34,210 nt of DNA from a virus (lineage: Duplodnaviria; Caudoviricetes): IMG/VR virus record IMGVR_UViG_3300048598_000581, positions 1-34,210 of that record; one strand, written 5' to 3'. The position numbers and the translations under genes were made by a program. Below, in pieces: positions 17,696 to 26,728 of the stretch. The notes under the pieces were generated by a model. It did not search any database. It was not told the DNA's origin and saw nothing but the letters and a program-made list of their open reading frames with translations. Each line of letters begins with the position of its first letter. Position 1 is the stretch's first letter.

Positions 17696-18187
17696 ATGTA
17701 TAGCATCCGACTGGAAGGAGATACCCGTCGCTTTCTCAAAAAGATAAAAGGATTTTCCGAGATCGACAAAAAGAAAATCAATGCGGTCATCGGAAGTGCT
17801 ATGCGAGGATCGACGCTCGAGCGGTTCAAGCGTGGTAAAGACCCAACGGGTAAGCGGTGGCAGACCTCCATCCGGGCAGCGGAAGACGGTGGGAAGACGT
17901 TAATCAGGAGCGCACAGCTCCGCAACTCCGTCCGTGCCAAATCGGACGACTCCGGCTTTGCGATCGGTACCAATCTCAAATATGCGGCGACGCATCAATT
18001 TGGCGAAAAGGGCCGGACCATACGGGCAAAGAGAGCAAAAGCTCTCCGCTTCCAGGTCGGCGGTCGGTGGGTCAGCAAGCAAAAGGTTAAGGTCAGCATC
18101 CCGGCCCGTCCGTATCTCGGCCTCTCGGACGAAGACATGCAAGAGATCAAGGGAACGATCGAGGACTTTATCGCAAGGGAGAATTAG
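17696..18187 (+). CDS. Virion morphogenesis protein (Mu gpG / P2 gpS-like)
   Basis: DPTGKRW, IGTNLKYAATHQFG, IPARPYLGLS. Confidence 0.9.
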   Translation: MYSIRLEGDTRRFLKKIKGFSEIDKKKINAVIGSAMRGSTLERFKRGKDPTGKRWQTSIRAAEDGGKTLIRSAQLRNSVRAKSDDSGFAIGTNLKYAATHQFGEKGRTIRAKRAKALRFQVGGRWVSKQKVKVSIPARPYLGLSDEDMQEIKGTIEDFIAREN

Positions 18188-18188
18188 C

Positions 18189-18701
18189 ATGTACGCAGAA
18201 AGCAAGCAATACCTCCTTCAAAAACTCAAGGGGGCGGGGCTCAAGTCCAACCCACACACGAGTGATAAAACTCTCGAAAAAAGCCTGGAGAGTCATGTCG
18301 GAGCGGTACTTTTTGAATCCGAGACCATCCTTCGAAACGGCTCCAAAACACTTTTTAAAGACCAACAGGGAGCGCGAAAAAAGAGGAGGAAGGTCTTTGA
18401 CCGAAGGCTTACGTTTACCGTGATTATCGGCGATTATTCCGATGAGGCCGTCGAGGAAATGTTTGAAAGGTTTCTCAGAAGCCTGGATGAAGGCATTTAC
18501 ATCGACGGGAACTTCACACCGATTGAGGTCGAGAGTGCGGACTGGGTTGATAAAGACGATTCAATCTTAAAGGCAAAGGTCGCCGTTCAGATAAAACTTA
18601 CCTTTAACGGCGGCTTATACAGAGATACGGACTTCGCGAAGCTGTCCGAGCTTGAGATCGAGTCCGCAGAAAGAAAGGAGCCAACAGATGGCAATAGCTA
18701 A
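18189..18701 (+). CDS. Putative tail terminator/completion protein
   Basis: Position between gpG-like gene and sheath; size 170 aa; ATG 18189. Confidence 0.55.
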   Translation: MYAESKQYLLQKLKGAGLKSNPHTSDKTLEKSLESHVGAVLFESETILRNGSKTLFKDQQGARKKRRKVFDRRLTFTVIIGDYSDEAVEEMFERFLRSLDEGIYIDGNFTPIEVESADWVDKDDSILKAKVAVQIKLTFNGGLYRDTDFAKLSELEIESAERKEPTDGNS

Positions 18702-18942
18702 GAACCAATCACCGGCGACCGTGCAGCCGGAAGAAAACACCCAGGAGCTCCTTGAGATCGGAGAGCTCCAGCGAAAGCACAAAATCAGCCGGGCGGTATT
18801 CGCGGGGGTATGTTCCGCAAACGGGTGGAAGCCCGGAAAGTTGATCGCCATGGAAGAATTCCTTGCAGCGGTCGCCAAGTTCACAGAGGCACCGATCAAC
18901 GGAAAACCTCATTCCAGAAAAGAAAAGGAGGCGAATAAATAA
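18688..18942 (+). CDS. Small hypothetical tail-region protein
   Basis: RBS AAGGAG, ATG 18688; immediately before the sheath (Mu gp38 position). Confidence 0.65.
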   Translation: MAIAKNQSPATVQPEENTQELLEIGELQRKHKISRAVFAGVCSANGWKPGKLIAMEEFLAAVAKFTEAPINGKPHSRKEKEANK

Positions 18943-20376
18943 ATGCTCAGGGATGTAACACACAAAATTTCGGACGGCCTGCTGGGATTCTCCACCGCAA
19001 AGGGAGACGGTATCCATCTGAAGATCGGCGTCTCTTCTGCCGAGTCGGATACTCTTATCACCATAACGGGCAATATGACTGCGGAACAGATAAAGAATCG
19101 GCTCGGCCTCTCCCCTCTCTCCGATGCTGTCATGGACTCCATTGAATGGGGATCAAACCGAATTTACTGCATTCCGGTTTCGGCGACCACAGCGGGCACG
19201 AATGGCACAGTCACAAAAACAGGTACCGGATCGGGTAATTTGACTGTCTCCGGCAGCCCCCATAATGCTTTTGATGTCATTATAAAAGTGACAGGACAGG
19301 GCAAACGTAATACTGCATTGTTTGTCTATTCGATCAACGGCGGTTATAGCTACTCCGACGAAATCACCGTGCCCATGACGGGAGCTTTTGAAATCCCTTC
19401 GACGGGACTGACGGTAACCTTTACCGAGGGTGTAGCGCCGAATCAGGACACGTCCTTCTTAGTCGGGGACCTGTACCGCTTTGCGACAACCGCCCCTTCC
19501 ATGACGAACGGCGACGTCCTTGCCGCGATCGAGAAGCTCAGGCATATGTCGATAGAGTATGAATTCGTCCACATCGTGGGCGAAAGCACGCTCAATCTTT
19601 GGCAAGCCGTCAGCGAAGCCCAGAAGGAACTCCAGGAAACCTATAAAAAGCCAATGTTCTTTGTCCTTGAGGCTTACACGCCGAACACAAACGAAGATAT
19701 GGAAGACTATGCCGCCCGGCTGGAAGCGGATCGCAAGAAGGTAAAGAACTTTGACATCCAGGTCGTTGCCGCCAGGGGTCTTCTGGTCAAGATGGATGGC
19801 ACCACCAGGGAGGTCAATCTTGCGGGTCTCGTGTCCGGCCTCTATTCCAAGGCACCGGTGCAGGTTTGCATCGGTAAGACCCGGGAAGAAGCCGGTTTCG
19901 GAATTACGAAGGCCAAGCTTCTCGAACTGCGTCCGAAGGGGGTCGAGGAAATCACCGAGCTTCTTGATGTGGCGGGCTACCTGACCTTCCGCGGATATGA
20001 CGGCCTCGAATACTTCTATGTGTACCATACAAAGATGATGTGCCCGGACGGCAGCGATTACCGTTATGCCGAGGATGTCCGCGTACTGAACAAGATAATC
20101 CGTGAGACCCGCAAAGAGGGGCTTCTGCTCTTGCAGGACGACATCGATATTGAAGATATCCAGGGAGAACTTGAGACCCGGGCAAAGTTCATGTATGCGC
20201 CATTGCAGAAGATGATCGACAATAAAGAGATCAGCTCGGCAGAGATCACCGTCCCCGAAGGGCAGGAGGATACCATCCTTGAGGATGAAAAGATGCGGGT
20301 TAAAATCCGTTACGTCTCCAGGGGGTATATCCGTGAGGTTGAGGTCGATATCGGGCGGACACAGCCGAGCGACTGA
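18943..20376 (+). CDS. Tail sheath protein (DUF2586-like)
   Basis: 477 aa, precedes tube; SDYRYAEDVRVLNKIIRE C-terminal sheath-like motif. Confidence 0.8.
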   Translation: MLRDVTHKISDGLLGFSTAKGDGIHLKIGVSSAESDTLITITGNMTAEQIKNRLGLSPLSDAVMDSIEWGSNRIYCIPVSATTAGTNGTVTKTGTGSGNLTVSGSPHNAFDVIIKVTGQGKRNTALFVYSINGGYSYSDEITVPMTGAFEIPSTGLTVTFTEGVAPNQDTSFLVGDLYRFATTAPSMTNGDVLAAIEKLRHMSIEYEFVHIVGESTLNLWQAVSEAQKELQETYKKPMFFVLEAYTPNTNEDMEDYAARLEADRKKVKNFDIQVVAARGLLVKMDGTTREVNLAGLVSGLYSKAPVQVCIGKTREEAGFGITKAKLLELRPKGVEEITELLDVAGYLTFRGYDGLEYFYVYHTKMMCPDGSDYRYAEDVRVLNKIIRETRKEGLLLLQDDIDIEDIQGELETRAKFMYAPLQKMIDNKEISSAEITVPEGQEDTILEDEKMRVKIRYVSRGYIREVEVDIGRTQPSD

Positions 20377-20391
20377 GGAAGGAGATAAACT

Positions 20392-20826
20392 ATGTTAAAA
20401 GTAAACGGCAAGGCATATGGATGGGGCGATGTTGACATCAAAGTACCGGGGCTTGTACTGTCCGTCCAGGAAATCAGCTATGACGACGAACAGGAGATGG
20501 AGGAAGTCTATGGTAAAGGCAACCGGCCGAGAGGATACGGCGTAGGAAATTATAAGGCATCGGGGAAAATCTCCATGCTCCGCGATGATTACGACGACTT
20601 CCTGGCATGGTGTAAGGCAAAGGGCATCCCGTTCTATAAGCTTGACATTCCCGCGATCGTGGTCTCTTACGCAAACGAGGGAGACCGAACCCGGATCGAC
20701 GAACTGAAAAATGTCAAGATCACCAAACGCAGCAACAAGGCTGCACAGGGAGACAAAAATCTCACGGTTGATCTTGATCTCCTGATCGTCGGCGGAATCG
20801 TTCAGGATGGAGTAGAACCTGTATAA
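20392..20826 (+). CDS. Tail tube protein
   Basis: VNGKAYGWGDV, EISYDD, YGKGNRPRGYGVGNYKASG; follows sheath. Confidence 0.8.
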   Translation: MLKVNGKAYGWGDVDIKVPGLVLSVQEISYDDEQEMEEVYGKGNRPRGYGVGNYKASGKISMLRDDYDDFLAWCKAKGIPFYKLDIPAIVVSYANEGDRTRIDELKNVKITKRSNKAAQGDKNLTVDLDLLIVGGIVQDGVEPV

Positions 20827-20876
20827 CCCGTTACTGCAAAACCGTTATCTCAAAATAATTGATAGGAGGATTCACC

Positions 20877-21236
20877 ATGGAAGAAATAAAAAAACCCGAG
20901 TGCGCCCAGGCTATGTCCAGGGAGACCGAACTCAAGGCCAAGTACGGAAAGGTTTACAGGGTCGGCGTAACAATTGAGATCGACGACGAGAATAGCCTCG
21001 ATAAGGAATACTACTTCAAGAAGCCGTCAACGGGTGCTTACGACCGCTATGTCAAAACGGCTTCGAGCGGGGCCACAAAGGCCCTCAAGACTTTCCTCTT
21101 TGATAGTGTCACGGAGGAAAGCCGGACGGCATTAGAAACTGACCTCGAGGAGTTCCCCGCCCTGACCCTCTCTATTGGGGAGAAGCTGCTTGGCATGTTG
21201 GGACTCAGTAAACAAACAAATTTGAAGATGCTCTAA
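20877..21236 (+). CDS. Tail assembly chaperone (gpG-equivalent)
   Basis: Between tube and tape measure; RBS AGGAGG; slippery site at the 3' end. Confidence 0.8.
   Translation: MEEIKKPECAQAMSRETELKAKYGKVYRVGVTIEIDDENSLDKEYYFKKPSTGAYDRYVKTASSGATKALKTFLFDSVTEESRTALETDLEEFPALTLSIGEKLLGMLGLSKQTNLKML
21218..21224 (+). other. -1 programmed ribosomal frameshift heptamer A AAT TTG
   Basis: Canonical X XXY YYZ in the chaperone frame; -1 frame is open from 21212 to 21445. Confidence 0.8.
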
Positions 21237-21445
21237 GGGAGCGGCTCTCGGAGGTGAGGCACAACCCGGTGGAGGCCGGACTTCTGGAAATCCACCGTTT
21301 CCTCCCTCCGGCTCTCTTAGAGGGGTTTGATGTCGAGACGATCGATTTTGAGGAGTTTCTGGGCTATGTTGCAAAAGCGAGGTTTATACAAGAGTTGGAA
21401 GAAGGGATTGTCGCGAGGGCGATCGCCGCAGTTTTCGCGGAATGA
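21221..21445 (+). CDS. C-terminal part of frameshifted tail chaperone (gpGT-equivalent)
   Basis: -1 frame reading FEDALRERLSEVRHNPVEAG...VFAE; no convincing RBS before the GTG at 21254. Confidence 0.75.
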   Translation, partial: FEDALRERLSEVRHNPVEAGLLEIHRFLPPALLEGFDVETIDFEEFLGYVAKARFIQELEEGIVARAIAAVFAE

Positions 21446-21446
21446 C

Positions 21447-21478
21447 AAAGAAAAGAGCCGATCCTAAAAGATCGGCTC
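21447..21478 (-). terminator. Intrinsic terminator for the minus-strand moron
   Basis: GAGCCGATC-CTAAAA-GATCGGCTC (21455-21478) with AAAGAAAA on its left (U-tract on the minus strand). Confidence 0.7.
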
Positions 21479-21715
21479 GCGCCCGGTAAGTTTTGCTTTG
21501 TAAAGCCTTGTAGCATTCCTCACGGTTCGGAAGAATTTCTCCTTCTTTTTGTCAAGATGTTTCCCTATACAGTTTTGACTTCCGATCCACAAGGAATATG
21601 GGATAGTATAAAGAGTTAACGGAAACAGGATAAGAACAGCAAATACGACGCCAATGATCGCCCCGGCGCATAGAGCAAATAAAAGCACCTTTAGCATTAC
21701 CATAATCACGACCAT
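21464..21715 (-). CDS. Small antisense membrane protein (moron)
   Basis: Long hydrophobic N-half, basic C-half; AAAGGAGG RBS at 21724-21731 best spaced to the ATG at 21715 (alternative 21721); own terminator. Confidence 0.75.
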   Translation of the reverse strand: MVVIMVMLKVLLFALCAGAIIGVVFAVLILFPLTLYTIPYSLWIGSQNCIGKHLDKKKEKFFRTVRNATRLYKAKLTGREPIF

Positions 21716-21737
21716 TAACATAACCTCCTTTGCTTCC

Positions 21738-21748
21738 AGAATATCACA
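21738..21748 (-). promoter_or_regulatory. Putative extended -10 promoter of the moron
   Basis: Minus strand TGTG-A-TATTCT (TRTG + -10-like) just upstream of the RBS; no clear -35. Confidence 0.4.
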
Positions 21749-21768
21749 ACAGGAGGAGAAAGGAAAGC

Positions 21769-24228
21769 ATGAGCTTAGAATCCGTATTCAAGTTGTCGTT
21801 AATCATGAATATGATCGACCATATCACCGGCCCGATGGCAAGCGTCACGTCAGGCATTGATAATTCGGTATCAAGGCTTGAGGGGATGAACCAGACTCTC
21901 GGAAACCTGACAAAGACGGGTGCTACAATGGCAGGCGTCGGAGCTCAGATCACCGCGGCGGCTCTTTCTCCCGTTGGGGCGACATTTGAAACGAAGAGGG
22001 CGCTTGGAGAGCTAAAATCAGTAGGAGTACAGGATTTGAAGACTCTCGAAAAGGCGTCCAGTGATTTCTCCAACACATGGGCCGGTACGACAAAAGCTAA
22101 GTTTATCGGTGCGGCGTATGATATCAAGTCCGGTATTGCGTCCTTGAGTGATGAAGCTGTCGCAAAATATACCGAAATTGCAGGTATAACAGCAAAAGGA
22201 ACAAAGGCGGCGATCGGCGAAATGACAAGCCTCTTCGCTACAGGCTACGGTATATACAAAGGCTTTTACAAGGATATGAGCGATATCGACTTTGGCGAAA
22301 TGTTTGCGGCAGGGATCGGTCACGCAGCAAATATCTTCAAAACGGACGGCCCGGAAATGGCGCGGTCGATCTCCACCCTGGGAGCCGCAGCGACCTCCGC
22401 GAAGGTCCCGATGGAAGAACAATTTGCTATTTTGGGTATGCTCCAGGCTACCATGAGCGGGTCGGAAGCAGGAACCAAATACAGAGCTTTCCTTCAATCG
22501 GCTGCAAGAGCTGGCGGAGAATTAGGGCTCAAATTCACGGATGCAAATAATCAGCTCCTTAGTATGCCGGAGATACTCGACAAGCTCCGAGGCAAGTTCG
22601 GGGATACCATGGACGCAGCAGAAAAGATGCAGATACAAAAGGCTTTTGGAACGGATGAAGCTGTAGCAATGGTTGATCTCTTATACAGCAAAACGGGTGA
22701 CCTACAGAACGGTATCCTCTCAATATACGATTCAATGGGCAAGGGCATCATTGAAGTCAAGGAAATGGCAAATGCCATTAACGATACCGAACCCGATCAG
22801 TACGAGGTATTACAGCAGCGCATCCATAACATAACGGAAAGCATGGGATCCAGCCTACTCCCGACTGTGAACAATTTCTTGGAGAAATCGGAGCAGGCAA
22901 TTACAAAAGTTGGCGAATGGGTTGAAAAGAACCAACAGCTTACCCGCATAATTCTGCTTGTTGCCCTCGCGATCGGTGGCTTCTTGACAGTGGCCGGTAC
23001 AACAATAGCCGTCACGGCAGCCGCTGGTTTAATTATCAACAAAACAGTAGGGTTTATTCGTGGCTTCATCGGTATAACCAAGAACCTTAATAGCACACTT
23101 GATACTATGCGACTATATGGCATGTATGCAGGTGATGGCATTCGAAAAGGTTTCTCCGTTATTAAGGCGGCAGGAATCGGAGCAATAACTAGCATCAGAA
23201 GTGTAGCGATCAGTACCGCCAGTATGGCAAAAACGGCGGCAGTCAGCGGTGTTACCGCACTCAAGAACATGGCGGTCGGCCTTGCCGGAATGGCGAGACA
23301 GGCAATTGTGACAGCGGTCACGGCAATGCCTGGGCTTATCGCTTCGGTTTGGGCGTTTACCGCTGCACTACTGGCAAACCCGATCACTTGGATCATTATA
23401 GGCATCGTGGCACTCATAGCCGCAATCATTCTTTTATGGCAAAATTGGGACTCGGTGGTGGCGTGGATACGGGGAGCATGGTCAAATTTTGTAAACGGCA
23501 TCAAGGCCGGGTTTGACTGGATCAGGAACCTGTTCACGGGAATGCCGCTCTGGCTGCAAATCGCAATTGCCGCTTTCATGCCGTTTATAGGCATACCGCT
23601 CCTGATAATCACCCATTGGGGCGAAATCGTTGCTTTTTTCGCAAACCTGTGGGTCCGCATTAAGGAGGGCTTTGTCAACGGGATAAACTCAATAAAGGAA
23701 TTTTTCCTGGGCATCCCGGGGTTTTTCAGAGAAAGCGGAGCTAAGATTATTGACACGCTTGTCGAAGGCATTAAGAGCGCAGCTATGAAACCCGTCGAGG
23801 CCGTCAAGGGAATCTTCCAAAAGGTCCGTGACCTTCTCCCCTTCTCGGATGCAAAAGAGGGTCCCCTCTCTACCCTGACACTATCGGGGCAGAGAACAAT
23901 GACCACGTTTGCGGAAGGTGTCTCCCTTGCCCAGGATGCTCCGGCCGAGGAGGTCGAAAAGTCCCTTAACCGGACAAAAACAGTCCTCGAACGCAAGCCG
24001 GTCAAGAAGGTCAGCCTCAAGGAGACCGCGGAGACCGAGGAGCAGAGCGCGACAAACCGCGCTACGGAAACAAAAGACGGCGTATATATCGCAAAGCTGC
24101 TGCTAAACATCGACTTCTCGAAAATTAAAGAGCTCCCACAGCTCATAAAGCTCCTCAAGGAGATCGAGAACTATACCAATGCAAACGGCGGAGAGGTTGA
24201 CCTCACAGCGGCACCAGAACCTATATGA
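21769..24228 (+). CDS. Tape measure protein (TP901-like core)
   Basis: MSLESVFKLSLI start, GSEAGTKYRAFL, ANPITWIIIGIVALIAAIILLWQNWD, Trp/Phe-periodic repeats, LPFSDAKEGPLS. Confidence 0.93.
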   Translation: MSLESVFKLSLIMNMIDHITGPMASVTSGIDNSVSRLEGMNQTLGNLTKTGATMAGVGAQITAAALSPVGATFETKRALGELKSVGVQDLKTLEKASSDFSNTWAGTTKAKFIGAAYDIKSGIASLSDEAVAKYTEIAGITAKGTKAAIGEMTSLFATGYGIYKGFYKDMSDIDFGEMFAAGIGHAANIFKTDGPEMARSISTLGAAATSAKVPMEEQFAILGMLQATMSGSEAGTKYRAFLQSAARAGGELGLKFTDANNQLLSMPEILDKLRGKFGDTMDAAEKMQIQKAFGTDEAVAMVDLLYSKTGDLQNGILSIYDSMGKGIIEVKEMANAINDTEPDQYEVLQQRIHNITESMGSSLLPTVNNFLEKSEQAITKVGEWVEKNQQLTRIILLVALAIGGFLTVAGTTIAVTAAAGLIINKTVGFIRGFIGITKNLNSTLDTMRLYGMYAGDGIRKGFSVIKAAGIGAITSIRSVAISTASMAKTAAVSGVTALKNMAVGLAGMARQAIVTAVTAMPGLIASVWAFTAALLANPITWIIIGIVALIAAIILLWQNWDSVVAWIRGAWSNFVNGIKAGFDWIRNLFTGMPLWLQIAIAAFMPFIGIPLLIITHWGEIVAFFANLWVRIKEGFVNGINSIKEFFLGIPGFFRESGAKIIDTLVEGIKSAAMKPVEAVKGIFQKVRDLLPFSDAKEGPLSTLTLSGQRTMTTFAEGVSLAQDAPAEEVEKSLNRTKTVLERKPVKKVSLKETAETEEQSATNRATETKDGVYIAKLLLNIDFSKIKELPQLIKLLKEIENYTNANGGEVDLTAAPEPI

Positions 24229-24246
24229 GGAAGGAGGGACGTAATC

Positions 24247-24822
24247 GTGATATTTGTTGAAGACCAGCTCGTCAAAGTAAACGGGATCGTCCTTCCTGGA
24301 CTCCTCAAAAGCATCGAGGTCAAGGAATCGGCAATGATCGACGAACAAAAAGTCGAGGGCAGCTCTGCCAAGCCGAAACAGGCCACAGGGTACGAAGACG
24401 CGAAGATCAATATTGAGCTTATCCTTGACGATACCCCATCACAGACGAAGTACCAGCGGCTTGCGGTTGTCCGGGCAATCTTTCGAAAGCCCGGGCAAAC
24501 CGTGCCGAAACCAATACCCATCGTCAGCGAAGATACAGCAGCACACGGTATTGAGAAGGTCCTGTTCAAGGGAATCAGCCACAAGGCCGAAAACAAAAAC
24601 GGGCAACTCCCTGTTACACTTGAGTTCTGGGAGTATGTTCCGCAGACAATCAAGACGACAAAAAAGAGCAGCGATACAGTAACGGGGAGCTCCATATCCT
24701 CGGATTACAGTGCTTACCTTCAAAGCAGCCGAGGAAGTTCACCAAAAATAAACAGCTCTCCCGCTGTAGATGATGCGAGTCCGTCGGCAGCCCTCAACCG
24801 TGTATCGCAAATGCCGTATTAA
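24247..24822 (+). CDS. Putative baseplate/tail tube initiator protein
   Basis: First gene after TMP; GTG with GGAGGG RBS; synteny only. Confidence 0.6.
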   Translation: MIFVEDQLVKVNGIVLPGLLKSIEVKESAMIDEQKVEGSSAKPKQATGYEDAKINIELILDDTPSQTKYQRLAVVRAIFRKPGQTVPKPIPIVSEDTAAHGIEKVLFKGISHKAENKNGQLPVTLEFWEYVPQTIKTTKKSSDTVTGSSISSDYSAYLQSSRGSSPKINSSPAVDDASPSAALNRVSQMPY

Positions 24823-24835
24823 AGGAGTTGATAAC

Positions 24836-25600
24836 GTGGAAGTAACAGAACTGTTTTACCCGCAGATCATCGCCAAAGTAGGAACCTATACTTTTGACCG
24901 GGGCATCAGGATCGAGGTTCACTCCTCCAGGGATTCCTATTTTGATTGGGCTAAGATTTGTTTCACAGAACAATTCCAGACGGCAATGTCACTTGCCCGC
25001 AAAGATGCGGCCACGATCGAGCTCGGATATAACGGAGTATTTGATGAGACCTTTACGGGGTATGTTTCGCGGCCATATAACGGCGGAAACTTGACGGATG
25101 AAATTTTCCTAAAGGATGACATGTTGATCCTTGAGGAGACTACGATCAGCAATACTTTTATGGATACCACTCCGCAGGAGATGCTTACTTATCTCCTAGC
25201 GCAGGCCGGAATACCGGATTCCAGGGTAAAACTCTCGTCCCAATGGTACCCGGAACGTAGGAGAGTGCCGATCCGTGAGATGTCGGTCATTCAAGCAATT
25301 AATCTGATTCATGCGACTTGGGGTATCAAACAGAATTTTTACTTCTCGGACGGAACCTTTTATTGGGGTGAGAAGCCCGCACAGGAGAAGATATATACCT
25401 TCGAATACGGCGTTAATATCCTGAGCCTATCCCGCACCGGAGGAATGTGGGAACTGGAGACGGTATCCGCCCCATTTGTCAAACACTCGCACAAGATCAC
25501 CGTCAACCACCCGAAGGTAAGCGGTACTTTTGAAGTTTCTGAGGTTGTTTTTATCACCAATGACGAGGGCTTCATCCGTACCTATATGAGCTTTAAGTAA
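24836..25600 (+). CDS. Putative baseplate hub protein (Mu gp44/P-like)
   Basis: IELGYNG..F.GYV and FEYGVNILSL patterns; GTG 24836 after AAGGAG. Confidence 0.65.
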   Translation: MEVTELFYPQIIAKVGTYTFDRGIRIEVHSSRDSYFDWAKICFTEQFQTAMSLARKDAATIELGYNGVFDETFTGYVSRPYNGGNLTDEIFLKDDMLILEETTISNTFMDTTPQEMLTYLLAQAGIPDSRVKLSSQWYPERRRVPIREMSVIQAINLIHATWGIKQNFYFSDGTFYWGEKPAQEKIYTFEYGVNILSLSRTGGMWELETVSAPFVKHSHKITVNHPKVSGTFEVSEVVFITNDEGFIRTYMSFK

Positions 25601-25622
25601 AGACGAGAGGCGGCTATCAAGG

Positions 25623-25946
25623 ATGCAATACGCTGTATACCAGGGGACCATAGTGAAAGCTGAGGACACGCAGGGAAAGCTGGTAAATGTTTTGGAGGAT
25701 GACGGCACGTCGCTTGTTGCCAACGCCGACGAACTGGTTCCGGTACCCGAGGATATGATTCCGGCTATAACTGCCGTCCATGCGGAAATTAAAGAGCTCA
25801 AAAATCGTATGCATCTGCTTGAAAGCGCCTACCTTGGAAAGATGGAGGTACTCAGAATAAAGTACATGGACGCACGATCAGAGGAATTGAGAATCGCAAA
25901 TCGGGTACTGCATACGGGCCGGGAAAAAAAGATTGAGAGGGAATGA
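25623..25946 (+). CDS. Hypothetical protein inserted in baseplate cluster
   Basis: 107-aa ORF filling the gap; short beta-rich N-half and coiled-coil C-half. Confidence 0.55.
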   Translation: MQYAVYQGTIVKAEDTQGKLVNVLEDDGTSLVANADELVPVPEDMIPAITAVHAEIKELKNRMHLLESAYLGKMEVLRIKYMDARSEELRIANRVLHTGREKKIERE

Positions 25947-25949
25947 AAG

Positions 25950-26318
25950 ATGGGACAACTTGAGCAATTTACAAAAAGCATCATAGAAAGAGTCTTTACA
26001 GAAAGTTATCCTTACCTCAAGCTCCCTGCCATTATCTACGCGACTGTCATCAGGGCGACGGAGCTCTCTGAGACTTATGAGGTTAAAAAGCTTGAGATTA
26101 CCGACGAGGACAACAATCGGACCTTCAAGGCGCATGTCACGGCACATTGGTATGAGTACACCCTTAAAGTGCTCGATCGTTTCGGCAACGCAGACGACAC
26201 CTTCCCGGAGCTCCCGGGGGTGCGCTCGAAGATTCCGCTTGAGGCCGGGATCATCGTCGCGATCGGGCTTGCTTTCGGCAGCATCGAGCCGACGATCATC
26301 GGGGAGGTGATTCTGTGA
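25950..26318 (+). CDS. Putative baseplate spike-like (OB-fold) protein
   Basis: Position before the wedge gene; VAIGLAFGSIEPTIIG ending resembles spike OB-fold N-domains. Confidence 0.5.
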   Translation: MGQLEQFTKSIIERVFTESYPYLKLPAIIYATVIRATELSETYEVKKLEITDEDNNRTFKAHVTAHWYEYTLKVLDRFGNADDTFPELPGVRSKIPLEAGIIVAIGLAFGSIEPTIIGEVIL

Positions 26319-26728
26319 CGGGGCTCAATGATACTGATATCCGGCTTAATGATGTGTGGCAGCTTACCCGGGCGGCAAATGGAGATGCTCCTCTCTGCTC
26401 CGGGCTTGATTGCCTGTATCAGAATATCGCACTTGAGGCGGTCACCCAAAAGGGCGACGTCTTTTATGATCTTGACTTCGGATGGAGCCTGTATGACTTC
26501 ATCCAGTCGGAAGACGACGACCTCACCCGCCTGGAGATCGCCCAACGTGCCCGAACCGGTTTACAGAAGAGAGACGTCATTCTTGCGGAAACAATTGGCA
26601 TCAACATAGACTACGGTGACGACAAGTTCCATCTCTATTGCACTTTCCGGTTTACCGGTGAGACAGACGATCGTCAGCTAAATGTAGTGATTGATGCGGT
26701 CAGCGTGGAGGTGGTAAACAGTGATTGA
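26315..26728 (+). CDS. Baseplate wedge protein (gp46 / GPW-gp25 / DUF2634-like)
   Basis: GDVFYDLDFGWSLYDF motif; precedes baseplate J. Confidence 0.75.
   Translation: MTGLNDTDIRLNDVWQLTRAANGDAPLCSGLDCLYQNIALEAVTQKGDVFYDLDFGWSLYDFIQSEDDDLTRLEIAQRARTGLQKRDVILAETIGINIDYGDDKFHLYCTFRFTGETDDRQLNVVIDAVSVEVVNSD

Noticed and set aside
22797-24158. 453-aa antisense ORF in the tape measure gene
   Set aside because: In-register shadow of an Ala/Ile/Gly-rich gene; no RBS or recognisable motif
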